From NCBI GenBank assembly GCA_965262585.1, contig OZ253546.1, forward strand, positions 136,653 through 200,652: a stretch of 64,000 nucleotides of DNA, read 5' to 3'. Origin of the DNA: Candidatus Poriferihabitaceae bacterium. Lineage in GTDB: Bacteria; Pseudomonadota; Gammaproteobacteria; Arenicellales; Poriferihabitantaceae. Shown piece after piece: positions 19,984-30,292 of the stretch (its first letter is position 1; every line of letters begins with the position of its first letter). A model generated the notes under the pieces. It had not been told where the DNA came from. It made no database searches and saw nothing but the letters and a program-made list of their open reading frames with translations. A program made the position numbers and the translations under genes.

Positions 19984-20061
19984 TAACTTCGCATAAGTGA
20001 TATTATGTAAAGTTACTTATTATTCCGGCCAAACCAGCCAAATCCCCGGCCAGATCGGTTT

Positions 20062-20811
20062 TCAGGCGTCTTCCGCCCCTTTCAACTGTTCCAGAATGTT
20101 CTCTACGCCTTCGTGTCGTACATCGATGCCGTGTTTGAGGAACACTAGATGGCCGGCGATGTTTTTTGCGTGGCCGCCGAATCGTTCTAGGGCGCGGATG
20201 CCTAGTACGATGTCTACAAAATGCTCGGCGTTGCGGGAATCTTCCTGCACGAAGACGCTCAAACGGCGCAGAATGGATTGCAACTGCTCGTCCAGTTCTA
20301 GTTCTCTGCTCAGCACTTTCAGCGCCCCGCGTAGGTCCAGATCGTCAAAAGCCGCCATAACCGCGCTGAGCATGCCCTCCACAAACTCCGCCAGCGCGTA
20401 AATATCCGGCAAGATGCGCTCCACTGGTGCCGTTTTGGCATCATCTTCGCCAGCGTAGAAATGAATGGTAAGCCCGGCGATTTTGCGTGCCTCATCGCCA
20501 GCCCGTTCCAATTCGGCGATAATTTTGCTGACTGCGATAATCTCCCGCAAATCCCGCGCCATGGGCTGCCGGAGTGCCACAATCCGCACGATTTCATCAT
20601 CCGCTTCAATGTCCAGATCATTGATTTTCTTATCGTTTTTGATAACCTGCCGGGCTTGTTCTACATTCCGACTTTCCAGAGTGGCCACGGCCTCTCGTAA
20701 CTGCGTGACCGCTAGTTGGCCCATTTGCATGGCCAGGGAACACAGGTGTTCCATTTCGCTGTCAAAACGCTTGAAAATGTGGCCTTCGCTGCTGTTGGTG
20801 CTCATAACCAT
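20062..20811 (-). CDS. phoU: Phosphate signalling complex protein PhoU.
   Basis: Two PhoU repeats, each with a D/E..R.GD motif (ELERAGDEARKIA; ALERFGGHAKNIA). It is the last gene of the pst operon. Confidence 0.9.
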   Translation of the reverse strand: MVMSTNSSEGHIFKRFDSEMEHLCSLAMQMGQLAVTQLREAVATLESRNVEQARQVIKNDKKINDLDIEADDEIVRIVALRQPMARDLREIIAVSKIIAELERAGDEARKIAGLTIHFYAGEDDAKTAPVERILPDIYALAEFVEGMLSAVMAAFDDLDLRGALKVLSRELELDEQLQSILRRLSVFVQEDSRNAEHFVDIVLGIRALERFGGHAKNIAGHLVFLKHGIDVRHEGVENILEQLKGAEDA

Positions 20812-20854
20812 ACCTCACTCATTATCGAGATAAAAATAATAACTATTTGTTTTT

Positions 20855-21709
20855 TCATCCAAACCGTCCGGTGATATATCCTTCTGTCAAGGCGTGAACC
20901 GGGTTGGTGAAAATATCTTCGGTGCGCCCTACTTCGACCAGATGGCCGAGGTGAAAGTATGCAGTGCGTTGGGATACCCGCGCCGCCTGTTGCATGGAAT
21001 GGGTTACGATACCAATGGTATATCGTTGTTTTAACTCATCGATGAGTTCTTCGATGCGGGCGGTGGCGATGGGATCCAGTGCCGAACAAGGCTCATCCAT
21101 CAAAATCACCTCGGGCTGAATGGCGATAGCCCGGGCGATGCACAACCGTTGCTGCTGGCCGCCGGACAGCCCGGTGCCGGGTTGATTGAGGCGATCCTTG
21201 ACCTCTTCCCACAGGCCCGCCCGCCGCAAACTCTTGAACACGATTTCATCGAGTTCGGCGCGATCGCGGCTGATGCCGTGAAGTTTCGGCCCGTAGGCGA
21301 CGTTTTCATACACCGACTTGGGAAACGGATTGGGGGTCTGAAACACCATCCCCACCCGTGCGCGCAGATAAACCACGTCCATATTCCGGGCGTGGATGTC
21401 GTGGCCGTGCAGGGTAATTTCGCCGCGCACCCGGCAGTGGTCGATGGTGTCATTCATGCGGTTGAAGCAGCGCAACAGCGTGGATTTGCCGCACCCGGAC
21501 GGGCCAATCATGGCAAGCACCTCGTTTTTCGCCAGATCCAAGGAAACATCAAAAACCGCCTGCTTCCCTGCGTAGGACACCTCCACATGGCGGCAAGCCA
21601 TCACCGCATCGTCCACCAAAGCGTTGCCAATGGTGGGCCCAAAGGGCTGGTTTGTGGATGATGCCGGTTGTGCGCCGGACGTGCGCCGTGTGTCAGGCAA
21701 CATTTTCAT
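20855..21709 (-). CDS. pstB: Phosphate ABC transporter ATP-binding protein.
   Basis: Walker [10 protein letters not shown], signature [14 protein letters not shown], Walker B ILMDEP. The ATG abuts the pstA stop. Confidence 0.95.
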   Translation of the reverse strand: MKMLPDTRRTSGAQPASSTNQPFGPTIGNALVDDAVMACRHVEVSYAGKQAVFDVSLDLAKNEVLAMIGPSGCGKSTLLRCFNRMNDTIDHCRVRGEITLHGHDIHARNMDVVYLRARVGMVFQTPNPFPKSVYENVAYGPKLHGISRDRAELDEIVFKSLRRAGLWEEVKDRLNQPGTGLSGGQQQRLCIARAIAIQPEVILMDEPCSALDPIATARIEELIDELKQRYTIGIVTHSMQQAARVSQRTAYFHLGHLVEVGRTEDIFTNPVHALTEGYITGRFG

Positions 21710-23005
21710 TCACCAGCGTATCTCCATTTTGTTTCGGATTAGCGCGACCAAGCCATTAATGAGCGCCAGCACCGCCAGCAGCATCACAATCGCGGCGGCA
21801 GTGCGTTCTACAAAGGCGCGCTCCGGGCTGTCTGCCCACAAGTATATCTGCACCGGCAGGGCTGTGGCCGGGTCGGTGAATCCGCCGGGCAAGTCAACGA
21901 TGAAAGCCACCATGCCGATAGCCAGCAGCGGCGCGGTTTCACCCAACGCCTGCGCGAGGCCAATGATGGCACCGGTCAGCATGCCCGGCAAGGCCAGCGG
22001 CAGGACATGGTGGACCACGGTCTGCACTTCCGATGCCCCCACCGCCAACGCCGCCTGACGGATGCGCGGCGGCACCGCGACCAGTGCCGCACGGCTGGAA
22101 ATAATGATGGTGGGCAAGGTCATCAACGCCAGCACCATGCCCCCCACCAGCGGCACCGACCTCGACAATCCGAAGAAATTGATCAACACCGCAAGCCCCA
22201 GTAGCCCGAAGAGGATGGATGGCACGGCGGCGAGGTTGTTGATGTTGACTTCGACCAAGTCAATGAATTTGTTTTTGGGCGCAAATTCATGCAGATACAC
22301 CGCCGCGGCGATGCCCACCGGCAGTGCCAACAGCATGGTCACCAGCAGCGTGAACACCGACCCCAGGGCGGCGCCGAGAATGCCAGATTGCTCGGCGTTG
22401 CGCGAATCGCCGGAGTTGAAGAAGGTCCAGTTGAAGCGGTTTTTGATGCGTCCACGGGCATTCAGTTCGTCCACCCAGGCGATGGATTGGTCGGACACTC
22501 GGCGGTTGGATTCGGGCACGGTGCGGTCGATGCGCCCTTTTACCAGCAAATCTATCTCGTCATCCGCCGTCAGCCAAAAGCGGCGCGTCTCGCCAATCCA
22601 TTCGGGATGCTCCAGCACCGCATCCCGCAGTTGATATTCGGCGCCCGAACTAATCAGTTGATATAACCTCTTTTTCTCCTTGCGCCGGGTCACTTCGGGA
22701 AAATCCCCGCGCAGGGCTTGCTTAATCATTTTGTCGTAGGGTGCGTCAAAAATCGCCTGTCGGTGCAGTGGCGTATCGAAGTGCTCCGCATCCAGCGTGA
22801 TGTCGAGGGCAATACTGGTCTGGGAAAACGCGCCGGAAGCCCGCCAGATGTTCGTTCCCAATAGCCACAGCAGGAAACCCATGCCTATGGCGATGGCCGC
22901 CGCGCCCATAAAGCGAAAGCGCCATTCCCGGCGACAGCGGGCACGGATGTTCTTGCGCAGCCGCCGGTGCGTCTCGCTTTCCGTCATTGGCATTAACTCA
23001 TTCAT
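21710..23005 (-). CDS. pstA: Phosphate ABC transporter permease PstA (long form).
   Basis: Polytopic permease with an EAA-like loop (LAQALGETAPLL). The start is taken at MNELMPMTE and overlaps the pstC stop by 8 nt. Confidence 0.85.
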   Translation of the reverse strand: MNELMPMTESETHRRLRKNIRARCRREWRFRFMGAAAIAIGMGFLLWLLGTNIWRASGAFSQTSIALDITLDAEHFDTPLHRQAIFDAPYDKMIKQALRGDFPEVTRRKEKKRLYQLISSGAEYQLRDAVLEHPEWIGETRRFWLTADDEIDLLVKGRIDRTVPESNRRVSDQSIAWVDELNARGRIKNRFNWTFFNSGDSRNAEQSGILGAALGSVFTLLVTMLLALPVGIAAAVYLHEFAPKNKFIDLVEVNINNLAAVPSILFGLLGLAVLINFFGLSRSVPLVGGMVLALMTLPTIIISSRAALVAVPPRIRQAALAVGASEVQTVVHHVLPLALPGMLTGAIIGLAQALGETAPLLAIGMVAFIVDLPGGFTDPATALPVQIYLWADSPERAFVERTAAAIVMLLAVLALINGLVALIRNKMEIRW

Positions 23006-23996
23006 ACTGCTCTCGATATTTGCGCGCCACGCGCAGGGCGACGACATTCAACAACAAAGTAACCGCGAATAGCACCAGCCCCAGCGCAAACGCGGCCAGC
23101 GTCTTGGGGCTGTCAAAGACCTGATCGCCCACCAGCAGCGTTACGATCTGCACCGTCACCGTGGTCACCGACTGCAGGGGATTGGCGGTAAGATTGGCCG
23201 CCAGCCCCGCCGCCATAACCACGATCATGGTCTCGCCGACCGCACGGGAGACCGCCAGCAACACGCTGCCGACTACTCCCGGCAAAGCCGCCGGCAACAC
23301 CACCCGGCGGATGGTCTCCGAGCGGGTCGCGCCCAGCCCCAGGGAGCCGTCTCGCAAGGAACGAGGCACGGCGCTGATGACATCGTCGGATAGCGATGAC
23401 ACAAACGGCAGGATCATGATACCCATCACCAGCCCCGCCGCCAGCGCGCTTTCCGCGCTCGCCGCAAGCCCCAGAAATTCGCCGGCATCGCGGATTAACG
23501 GGCCCACCGTCAGGGCCGCGAAAAATCCATAAACCACCGTGGGAATGCCTGCCAGAATTTCCAGCACTGGCTTGAACACGGCGCGCATCCGGCGGCTTGC
23601 GTATTCCGACAGATAAATCGCCGATAGCAATCCGCACGGAACCGCCACCAGCATGGCGATGACGGTGATTAGCAAGGTGCCGGCAAACAACGGCACGGCA
23701 CCGAACGCGCCGCTGGAACCCACTTGATCTTCGCGGATGGCAGTCTGCGGCGACCATTCAAGGCCGAATAAAAATTCCCACAACGGCACAACGTTGAAAA
23801 AGCGAATGGACTCGAACAGCACCGATAAAACGATGCCTATGGTGGTGACGATGGCGAGGCACGCGCACAGCATCAAAAACCCCTTGAACGCGCTTTCGAT
23901 GCGATGGCGCGCCCGGCGGCGTAGGAAATGCATGGCTACGAGCAGCGCGGCGGGCAAGCCGATGAAAAACAGGCACAGGACAGTGAGGGCGTTCAT
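22998..23996 (-). CDS. pstC: Phosphate ABC transporter permease PstC.
   Basis: Polytopic permease with the loop LAVSRAVGETMIV. Positioned between pstS and pstA. Confidence 0.9.
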   Translation of the reverse strand: MNALTVLCLFFIGLPAALLVAMHFLRRRARHRIESAFKGFLMLCACLAIVTTIGIVLSVLFESIRFFNVVPLWEFLFGLEWSPQTAIREDQVGSSGAFGAVPLFAGTLLITVIAMLVAVPCGLLSAIYLSEYASRRMRAVFKPVLEILAGIPTVVYGFFAALTVGPLIRDAGEFLGLAASAESALAAGLVMGIMILPFVSSLSDDVISAVPRSLRDGSLGLGATRSETIRRVVLPAALPGVVGSVLLAVSRAVGETMIVVMAAGLAANLTANPLQSVTTVTVQIVTLLVGDQVFDSPKTLAAFALGLVLFAVTLLLNVVALRVARKYREQYE

Positions 23997-24083
23997 GGCG
24001 CGGTATTATGCTTGAAAAAATGAGCGACTTACGCCGCTAAACGAATGCCGGGCAACGGCGCAAAACCCGCCGTTTACAACCCC

Positions 24084-25169
24084 TTACAACAAGTCCAAAC
24101 GACTCCGGTTTAGCGTGGCGTCACGAAACAGCGCGCGCTCCGCCTCTGGCATGGGAATCAACCCACGGTCGCTGAGATAGCCCTCTTCCCCCCAGGTGTC
24201 CTCGTCCGTCAACTCGGCCATGAACTCGGCCATGCCGGATATGATGTCGATGTGCGCGGATTTGGCGTATAGGTATAGGGGCCGCGAAATGGGGTATGAG
24301 CGGTCGGCGATGTTCTCGAATTCCGGCGCGATATTCTCCACCCGCGAGCCTTGCACCACATCGCCGTTCTGGTCGAGGAAACTGAATCCGAAAATACCCA
24401 GGGCGTTGGGGTTGTTGCGCAATTTCTGCACGATTAAATTGTCGTTCTCACCGGTCTCGATGAACACGCCATCCTCACGGATATGATGACACACCGCCTG
24501 ATAATCATCTGGAGCGGCTTTTTCCATCGCCTTGATCCAGGCAATCGTCTTGCACCCCCCTTCCATGCCCATCTCCACGAACGCATCTCTGGTTCCCGAA
24601 GTCGGCGGCGGGCCAAGCACTTCGATTTTGACCGCCGGCAACGCCGGATTGATGTCCGACCAGTCCGCATAAGGATTGGCCACCAACTCCTCATCGCCAT
24701 TTGGGTGCGGCACATTCTTTGCCAGTGCCAGGAAAATTTCCTTGCGCGTCAGCGACACCTGCGGCGCGCGATTGCTGTTGGCAAGCACGATGCCGTCATA
24801 GCCGATTTTGATCTCGATGATGTCGGTGACGCCATTTTCGAGACACCGTTTGAATTCGGATTTTTTTATGCGCCGCGAAGAGTTGGTGAAATCGGGATGG
24901 GCTTCGCCGACACCGGCGCAGAACAGTTTCAGACCACCCCCGGAGCCGGTGGATTCGATGATTGGTGTTCTGAAATTGGTCGACTTGCCGAATTTTTCCG
25001 CGGCCACCGTGACGAAAGGATAGACGGTGGATGAACCGACTATGTGGATGTTTTCCCGTGCATGAGTCGGCGCGGCGAAACCCGCCAGCACAAGCCCAAC
25101 CAACGCAAGCGGCAGCACGAGTGGTAATATGTATAAAACGCGGGGGAATAAAACGCGGGGTTTGGCCAT
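24084..25169 (-). CDS. pstS: Phosphate ABC transporter substrate-binding protein (PstS family).
   Basis: Signal peptide MAKPRVLFPRVLYILPLVLPLALVGLVLAGFAAPTHA, then GSSTVYPF and TGSGGG motifs. ORF trimmed from 25430 to the ATG at 25169. Confidence 0.85.
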   Translation of the reverse strand: MAKPRVLFPRVLYILPLVLPLALVGLVLAGFAAPTHARENIHIVGSSTVYPFVTVAAEKFGKSTNFRTPIIESTGSGGGLKLFCAGVGEAHPDFTNSSRRIKKSEFKRCLENGVTDIIEIKIGYDGIVLANSNRAPQVSLTRKEIFLALAKNVPHPNGDEELVANPYADWSDINPALPAVKIEVLGPPPTSGTRDAFVEMGMEGGCKTIAWIKAMEKAAPDDYQAVCHHIREDGVFIETGENDNLIVQKLRNNPNALGIFGFSFLDQNGDVVQGSRVENIAPEFENIADRSYPISRPLYLYAKSAHIDIISGMAEFMAELTDEDTWGEEGYLSDRGLIPMPEAERALFRDATLNRSRLDLL

Positions 25170-25195
25170 GCGCGCAGTGTAACAAAAAAAACTCG

Positions 25196-26161
25196 TCAGG
25201 CGCGTGGTTGGCGGGCGATGGCAATGCCGGAAACGGCGATCATCACCATGCCGACAACCGACTGCAGGTCGGGAATTTCGGTGAACAGCAAAAATCCCCA
25301 CAGCAGGCTGAACACCAAATAGGTGTAATCGAAGGTGGCGATAATCGCCGACGGGCCGCGCTGATAAGCGAAAGCACCGCAGATGTTGCCGACCACCACG
25401 GTAGCGGCGAGGGTAAGCACCGCCAGCCACTGCGTAATGCCAAGCGGTGCCCAGTTGCCGAATAAAAACGGATTCACCGCCGCCAGTTCAAGCGGCCGCC
25501 AGATCAGCAAGCCCAGACTGACGATGCTGCCGGTAATCACAAATGAAACGTTTTGCATCAACGCGAGGATTTTGGGATCTTCGTTTCGGCATTTGGTTCG
25601 GGTCAGAATCATTGCGTAGGCAAACAGGATTGCCGAGAGCAGCGGAAAAAGCGCATACAAGTTGAAGTCCTCGGCGGTGGGGCGAACGATTACCAGAACG
25701 CCGCTGAACCCAAAACCCACCGCCAGCCAAGATTTCATTCCGACCTTGTCGCCGGTGAACAACGCCGAAAAGAGCGTGATGAACAGCGGAATCGTGTATA
25801 GCACCGAAGCCGCCACGGAGAACGCAACATGCGGCAGTGCGGCGTAGTAGATCGCCCACATCACCACCATCAAAAAACTCCTGAACACCGTCCAGCCCAC
25901 GGCGCGCGGAATAAAAGAAACGCCCGACGCCGGAAGTTTAAGCAACAAAATCAGCGGCGGTATCGCCAACAACGAACGCAGCACATATAACTGCCAAAGC
26001 GAAAAATCGGCACTCACGAACTTAACCACAGCATCGCCAAACGACAATACCAACACCGTCACAACAATCGCATAAACCGCCAACCGAACATTATCCGCAC
26101 GCCCCGGATAAGCCCCCCCACCCTCGCCAGTAATTTTCCCGTTCAATTTTTGCCTTCCCAC
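25196..26161 (-). CDS. DMT superfamily (EamA-like) transporter.
   Basis: About 10 hydrophobic helices arranged as two EamA-like halves. No other motifs. The exact start is uncertain. Confidence 0.7.
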   Translation of the reverse strand: MGRQKLNGKITGEGGGAYPGRADNVRLAVYAIVVTVLVLSFGDAVVKFVSADFSLWQLYVLRSLLAIPPLILLLKLPASGVSFIPRAVGWTVFRSFLMVVMWAIYYAALPHVAFSVAASVLYTIPLFITLFSALFTGDKVGMKSWLAVGFGFSGVLVIVRPTAEDFNLYALFPLLSAILFAYAMILTRTKCRNEDPKILALMQNVSFVITGSIVSLGLLIWRPLELAAVNPFLFGNWAPLGITQWLAVLTLAATVVVGNICGAFAYQRGPSAIIATFDYTYLVFSLLWGFLLFTEIPDLQSVVGMVMIAVSGIAIARQPRA

Positions 26162-26244
26162 AGAGCCCCAATTCGCCGCCGAAGTGTAACGGAAAGACCA
26201 ACCATCGCCTATACTTGTAACGGACTGCGCATTAAAAGATAACG

Positions 26245-27075
26245 ATGCATAAAACCAATCAAAAACCCAACCCCGGCGAATCGCTTGCGTTGCATTTTCG
26301 CAAATATGGTGACTCTGGTGACCCTGCCGTGTTGATATTGCACGGACTATTCGGCTCCAACGCCAACTGGCGCACTATCGCCGGGCATCTTTCGGCGTTT
26401 TGCGAGGTCTTTTGTCTCGATTTGCGCAATCATGGCCGCTCGCCGTGGCACGATCAAATGGACTATTCCGTTATGGCCGCCGATGTGGCGCGTTTTATCG
26501 CCGACCATGGATTGCATCGCCCTACCCTGCTCGGCCACAGCATGGGCGGAAAGGCCGCCATGATGCTGGCACAGAACCACGATGTTGAACTGGCGAAACT
26601 GATTGTGGTTGATATCGCACCGCTGGCTTATCGCCCGGCCCGCCACTTGGAATTGATGGACGCCATGGCCGCCCTCGACCTAGTCGCGCTCAATCTGGCT
26701 TCCGCCGACCGCCGACAAATTGATGCGGCATTGGCGAAACAAATCACCGACTCTGCCACCCGGCAGTTCCTCGCTCAGAACCTGATAAAAGCCTCCACAA
26801 AAGACGGCGGCGGATACCGCTGGCGGTTGAACCTCGCCGCCATCCGGCGAAATTTGGGAGTTCTTGCCGGATATGACAACCGCCGGGTAGCAGCCATCGA
26901 AACCTTGTTCATCGCCGGTGCCGATTCCGATTATCTCCCACCCACCGGCCACCACGAAGTCTATGCCCGTTTCCCCAACGCCCGCATAGAAATCATCAAA
27001 AACGCCGGCCACTGGCTCCACGCCCAACACCCCGAACGGCTGGCATCCTTGTGTGAGGTGTTTCTTCGGTCGTAG
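26245..27075 (+). CDS. Alpha/beta hydrolase, YbfF-like esterase.
   Basis: Motifs ILHGLFGS..NW, LRNHGRSP, the GHSMGGKAAM nucleophile elbow and VVDIAP closely follow the E. coli YbfF pattern. Confidence 0.8.
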   Translation: MHKTNQKPNPGESLALHFRKYGDSGDPAVLILHGLFGSNANWRTIAGHLSAFCEVFCLDLRNHGRSPWHDQMDYSVMAADVARFIADHGLHRPTLLGHSMGGKAAMMLAQNHDVELAKLIVVDIAPLAYRPARHLELMDAMAALDLVALNLASADRRQIDAALAKQITDSATRQFLAQNLIKASTKDGGGYRWRLNLAAIRRNLGVLAGYDNRRVAAIETLFIAGADSDYLPPTGHHEVYARFPNARIEIIKNAGHWLHAQHPERLASLCEVFLRS

Positions 27076-27179
27076 GGCGTAATTCGTTCCTTAATGCGCT
27101 CATTTATTTCTCCCCCCGGCGAAGGGATTCGGTATCATTGGCCCTTTGTATTTACCCGTTCCCTTCCGTGAGGCAGTCG

Positions 27180-28322
27180 ATGAAATTTGAAACCAAGTGC
27201 GTGCGTGCCGGCCAGAGTCCTGATCCGACCACCGGGGCGATTATCCCGCCCATTTACCAAACCGCCACTTATGTGCTACCGGAAGTGGGCCGGGATCTGG
27301 GGTTTGACTACACCCGTTCATCCAACCCCACCCGGCAGGTGTTGGAGACCAACCTCGCCGCCCTTGACAACGGCAAATACGGGGTCTGTTACTCCAGCGG
27401 CATGTCGGCGGTGGATGCGGTGATGAAACTGCTTAAATCCGGCGACCATGTGGTTTGCTCGGACGATGTGTATGGCGGGGTTTCCCGACATTTCAACCAA
27501 GTACTAACAACTTACGGCATAGAGTTCACCTATGTTGATAGCACTGATCCACAAAATGTCGCCAACGCCATTCGCCCGCAAACCAAACTAATCTGGCTGG
27601 AAACGCCCTCCAATCCGCTCATCAAAATCACCGACCTCAGCGCCGTCTCCAAAATCGGCAAGGAAGCGGGTATCCCGGTGGGCGTGGATTCAACCTTCGC
27701 TACGCCGGTGTTTTTGCGCCCGCTGGAACTTGGCGCCGACATCGTCATGCACTCCACCACCAAATATCTGAGCGGCCATAACCAAATCATCGGCGGTGCG
27801 GTGGTGGTCAACGACAAAGGAATTTACGACCGGCTTAAGTTCATTCAGAAAACCATCGGCGCGGTCAACAGCCCCTTCGATGCATGGCTGACCCTGCTCG
27901 GCATTAAAACCCTGCATCTGCGAATGTACCGCCACGACCAAACCGGGTTGCGCATCGCCAAATTCCTCGAGGATCACCCCAAAGTGTCCAGAGTCAGTTA
28001 TCCGGGCTTGAAATCCCACCCCCAATACGAAATCGCCAAGCGGGAAATGAGCGGCTACGGCGGCATGCTGTCCTTCGAACTCAAAGGCGGCATCCCATCA
28101 GGCAAAGCATTGATGAACCAAGTGCAACTATGCGGGCTGGCGGAAAGCCTAGGGTCAGTAGAATCCATGATCACCCACCCGGCAACCATGACCCACGCCG
28201 AAGTCCCCGCCGATGAACGCAACGCCCGTGGCCTGACCGATGGTCTGGTGCGCTTGTCGGTAGGCGTGGAAGATCCTGATGATATTGAGCAGGATCTTGT
28301 GCAGGCGTTGGATAAGGCTTGA
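27180..28322 (+). CDS. Cys/Met-metabolism PLP enzyme (cystathionine gamma-synthase/lyase family).
   Basis: Motifs PIYQTATY, YTRSSNPTR, SGMSA and HSTTKYLSGH (PLP lysine). Sub-specificity cannot be resolved. Start at MKFETKCVRAG. Confidence 0.85.
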   Translation: MKFETKCVRAGQSPDPTTGAIIPPIYQTATYVLPEVGRDLGFDYTRSSNPTRQVLETNLAALDNGKYGVCYSSGMSAVDAVMKLLKSGDHVVCSDDVYGGVSRHFNQVLTTYGIEFTYVDSTDPQNVANAIRPQTKLIWLETPSNPLIKITDLSAVSKIGKEAGIPVGVDSTFATPVFLRPLELGADIVMHSTTKYLSGHNQIIGGAVVVNDKGIYDRLKFIQKTIGAVNSPFDAWLTLLGIKTLHLRMYRHDQTGLRIAKFLEDHPKVSRVSYPGLKSHPQYEIAKREMSGYGGMLSFELKGGIPSGKALMNQVQLCGLAESLGSVESMITHPATMTHAEVPADERNARGLTDGLVRLSVGVEDPDDIEQDLVQALDKA

Positions 28323-28685
28323 GGGCGGCTGTCGCCCACCCGTCGTCATTCCCGAACGATAAATAAGGAGTCGGCTATCGCAAGGTCGTCATTCTCGAAC
28401 GATAGAAAAATAGGGAGCACCAGCCGCCGTCATTCTCGAACGATAGAAAAATAGGGAGCGCCAGCGACCATATTTTTCATCGTATCGGGAATCCAGAAGG
28501 CTAATAATGAGTCGGCTATCGCCGGACATGTTGTACTGGATTCCCGTGTCCCCAACTCGTCATCCCCGCTGTCGCGGAAATAACGACTTGGGGCACGAGA
28601 ATGACGGCGGCCCGTCGTCATTCCCGAACGATAGAAAAATAAGGAGCGTCAGCGACCATATTTTTCATCGTATCGGGAATCCAGT
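28323..28685 (-). repeat. Mosaic hairpin-repeat array R5.
   Basis: Two full and two partial inverted A-units plus one B-unit. Confidence 0.9.
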
Positions 28686-28835
28686 GATAGGCGCATACAA
28701 ATCCCCGCATTTGGTTTGTGCGCTGGTATACTGGCGACTGTTTTCCCGGTGAGGTTGTGATGGATTGCTGTGTCGTGTTTCCTGTGTTGCGCCTCGAGCG
28801 GATGCTTGCTAGCGTTTTGACTTCCTGCCCCGATC

Positions 28836-29555
28836 ATGACTGACGCTGCGCCCGTTCAATCGGCGGGGCAAGGCGTGCGGGCGGCGTGTCGGCATTGTTT
28901 GGGGCGGCATCCGGCTACTGGCGGCGTGCTCAGCGAGGCGGAGGCGGGCATTATTCATCAGCACCGCACGCGCCAGAGTTTCAGGGCGCGGAAAACGATT
29001 TGTATCGAGGGGCAGACGCCGCCATTTTTTATTGGCAACATCATTTCCGGGGTGATCAAACTGGCTTTCTCAGGAGTGCCCGGCGAGGTCAGTGCGTTGC
29101 TTTTCCCCGGCGATTTCCTCGGCCCGTTCGGCACTCCCGAAGCCGTTTCCTGCACCGCCAGCGCGTTGTCGGATTGCGAGTTGTGCTGCTTTGAAGGCAC
29201 CGGATTGCACCGCGTTTTTGCGCATCATCCGAACTTACAGGAAAACTTCCTGCAACATTTTGCCGATGCCGTGGAGCGCGCCCGTGCAGATGCGGCGAAA
29301 CTGCGCCGCCCTCAAGCCGTAGCCCGAGTCGCGGCGCTGTTGCGGATTTTTGCCGATCATACTGACGACCAACAGCAAGGCGAAGTGCAGATGCCCCTGC
29401 TCCGCACCGAGATTGCTCTGCTCCTCGGCCTCACCACCGAGACCGTCAGCCGCTGCCTGAGCCAAATGCGCCACGACGGCATCATCCGCCCCCTATCCCG
29501 CCGCAGCGTGGTTATCAAAAATCCGTTGCGACTTCAGGCGTTGGCGGAAAGTTAA
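28836..29555 (+). CDS. Crp/Fnr family transcriptional regulator (Dnr/NnrR-like candidate).
   Basis: Central cNMP-binding-like fold. C-terminal HTH RTEIALLLGLTTETVSRCLSQM with the E--SR recognition motif used by FNR-type proteins for TTGAT half-sites. Confidence 0.8.
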   Translation: MTDAAPVQSAGQGVRAACRHCLGRHPATGGVLSEAEAGIIHQHRTRQSFRARKTICIEGQTPPFFIGNIISGVIKLAFSGVPGEVSALLFPGDFLGPFGTPEAVSCTASALSDCELCCFEGTGLHRVFAHHPNLQENFLQHFADAVERARADAAKLRRPQAVARVAALLRIFADHTDDQQQGEVQMPLLRTEIALLLGLTTETVSRCLSQMRHDGIIRPLSRRSVVIKNPLRLQALAES

Positions 29556-30212
29556 ATAAGGAGCGGCTTGCGCCGGAATTGTTTTACTGGATTCCAGTTT
29601 CGCGGGAATGACGAGGTGAGGAGCGGCTACGCCGGGATTGTTTTACTGGATTCCCGATACGATGAAAAATATGGTCGCTGGCGCTCCCTATTTTTCTATC
29701 GTTCGGGAATGACGACGTACCGCCGTCATTCTCGTGCCCCAAGTCGTTATTTCCGCGACAGCGGGAATAACGACTTGGGGACACGGGAATCCAGTAAAAC
29801 ATGCCGGCGACAGCCGACTCCCCAGGCCCGTCATTCCTGCGAGATCCGACTCATTATTGGCTTTCTGGATTCCCGATACGATGAAAAATATAGTCGCTGG
29901 CGCTCCTTATTTTTCTATCGTTCGGGAATGACGACGTACCGCCGTCATTCTCGTGCCGCCAAGTCGTTATTTCCGCGACAGCGGGAATGACGACTTGGGG
30001 GACACGGGAATCCAGTAAAACATGCCGGCGACAGCCGACTCCCTACGCCGTCATTCTCGCGAAAGCGGGAATCCAGTACAACATGCCCGGCGATAGCCGC
30101 TCCTTATTTAGCCTTCTGGATTCCCGATACGATGAAAAATATGGTCGCTGGCGCTCCCTATTTTTCTATCGTTCGGGAATGACGACCTTGCGATAGCCGA
30201 CTCCTTATTCCC
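29555..30212 (+). repeat. Mosaic hairpin-repeat array R6.
   Basis: Three A-units with B- and C-units. It fills the space between the regulator stop and the nirK promoter. Confidence 0.9.
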
Positions 30213-30218
30213 TCAAAA

Positions 30219-30261
30219 TTGATTTATATCACGAAAAAATGGTTGGTGGCTTGCCTAGAAT
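30219..30261 (+). promoter_or_regulatory. FNR/Dnr-type box plus -10 element: putative class II activated nirK promoter.
   Basis: TTGATTTATATCAC at 30219-30232 matches TTGAT-N4-ATCAA at 9 of 10 positions. TAGAAT at 30256-30261. If the TSS is ~7 nt after the -10, the box centre is near -42. Confidence 0.6.
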
Positions 30262-30292
30262 GGGTTAATTCTATTTGTGGAGTAAGTGAACC

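Noticed and set aside
29568-29990. ORFs inside the repeat arrays encoding recurring peptides such as LDSRYDEKYGRWRSLFFYRSGMT and RHSRAPTRYSRDSGNDELGTRESS. Other examples are 10990-11256, 19389-19643, 48492-48767 and 59731-60093.
   Set aside because: The recurring peptides are simply translations of the A- and B-units. The frames start and stop irregularly between copies. Both orientations give ORFs. There are no ribosome-binding sites, and the units are strong palindromes. I treat them as non-coding repeats.
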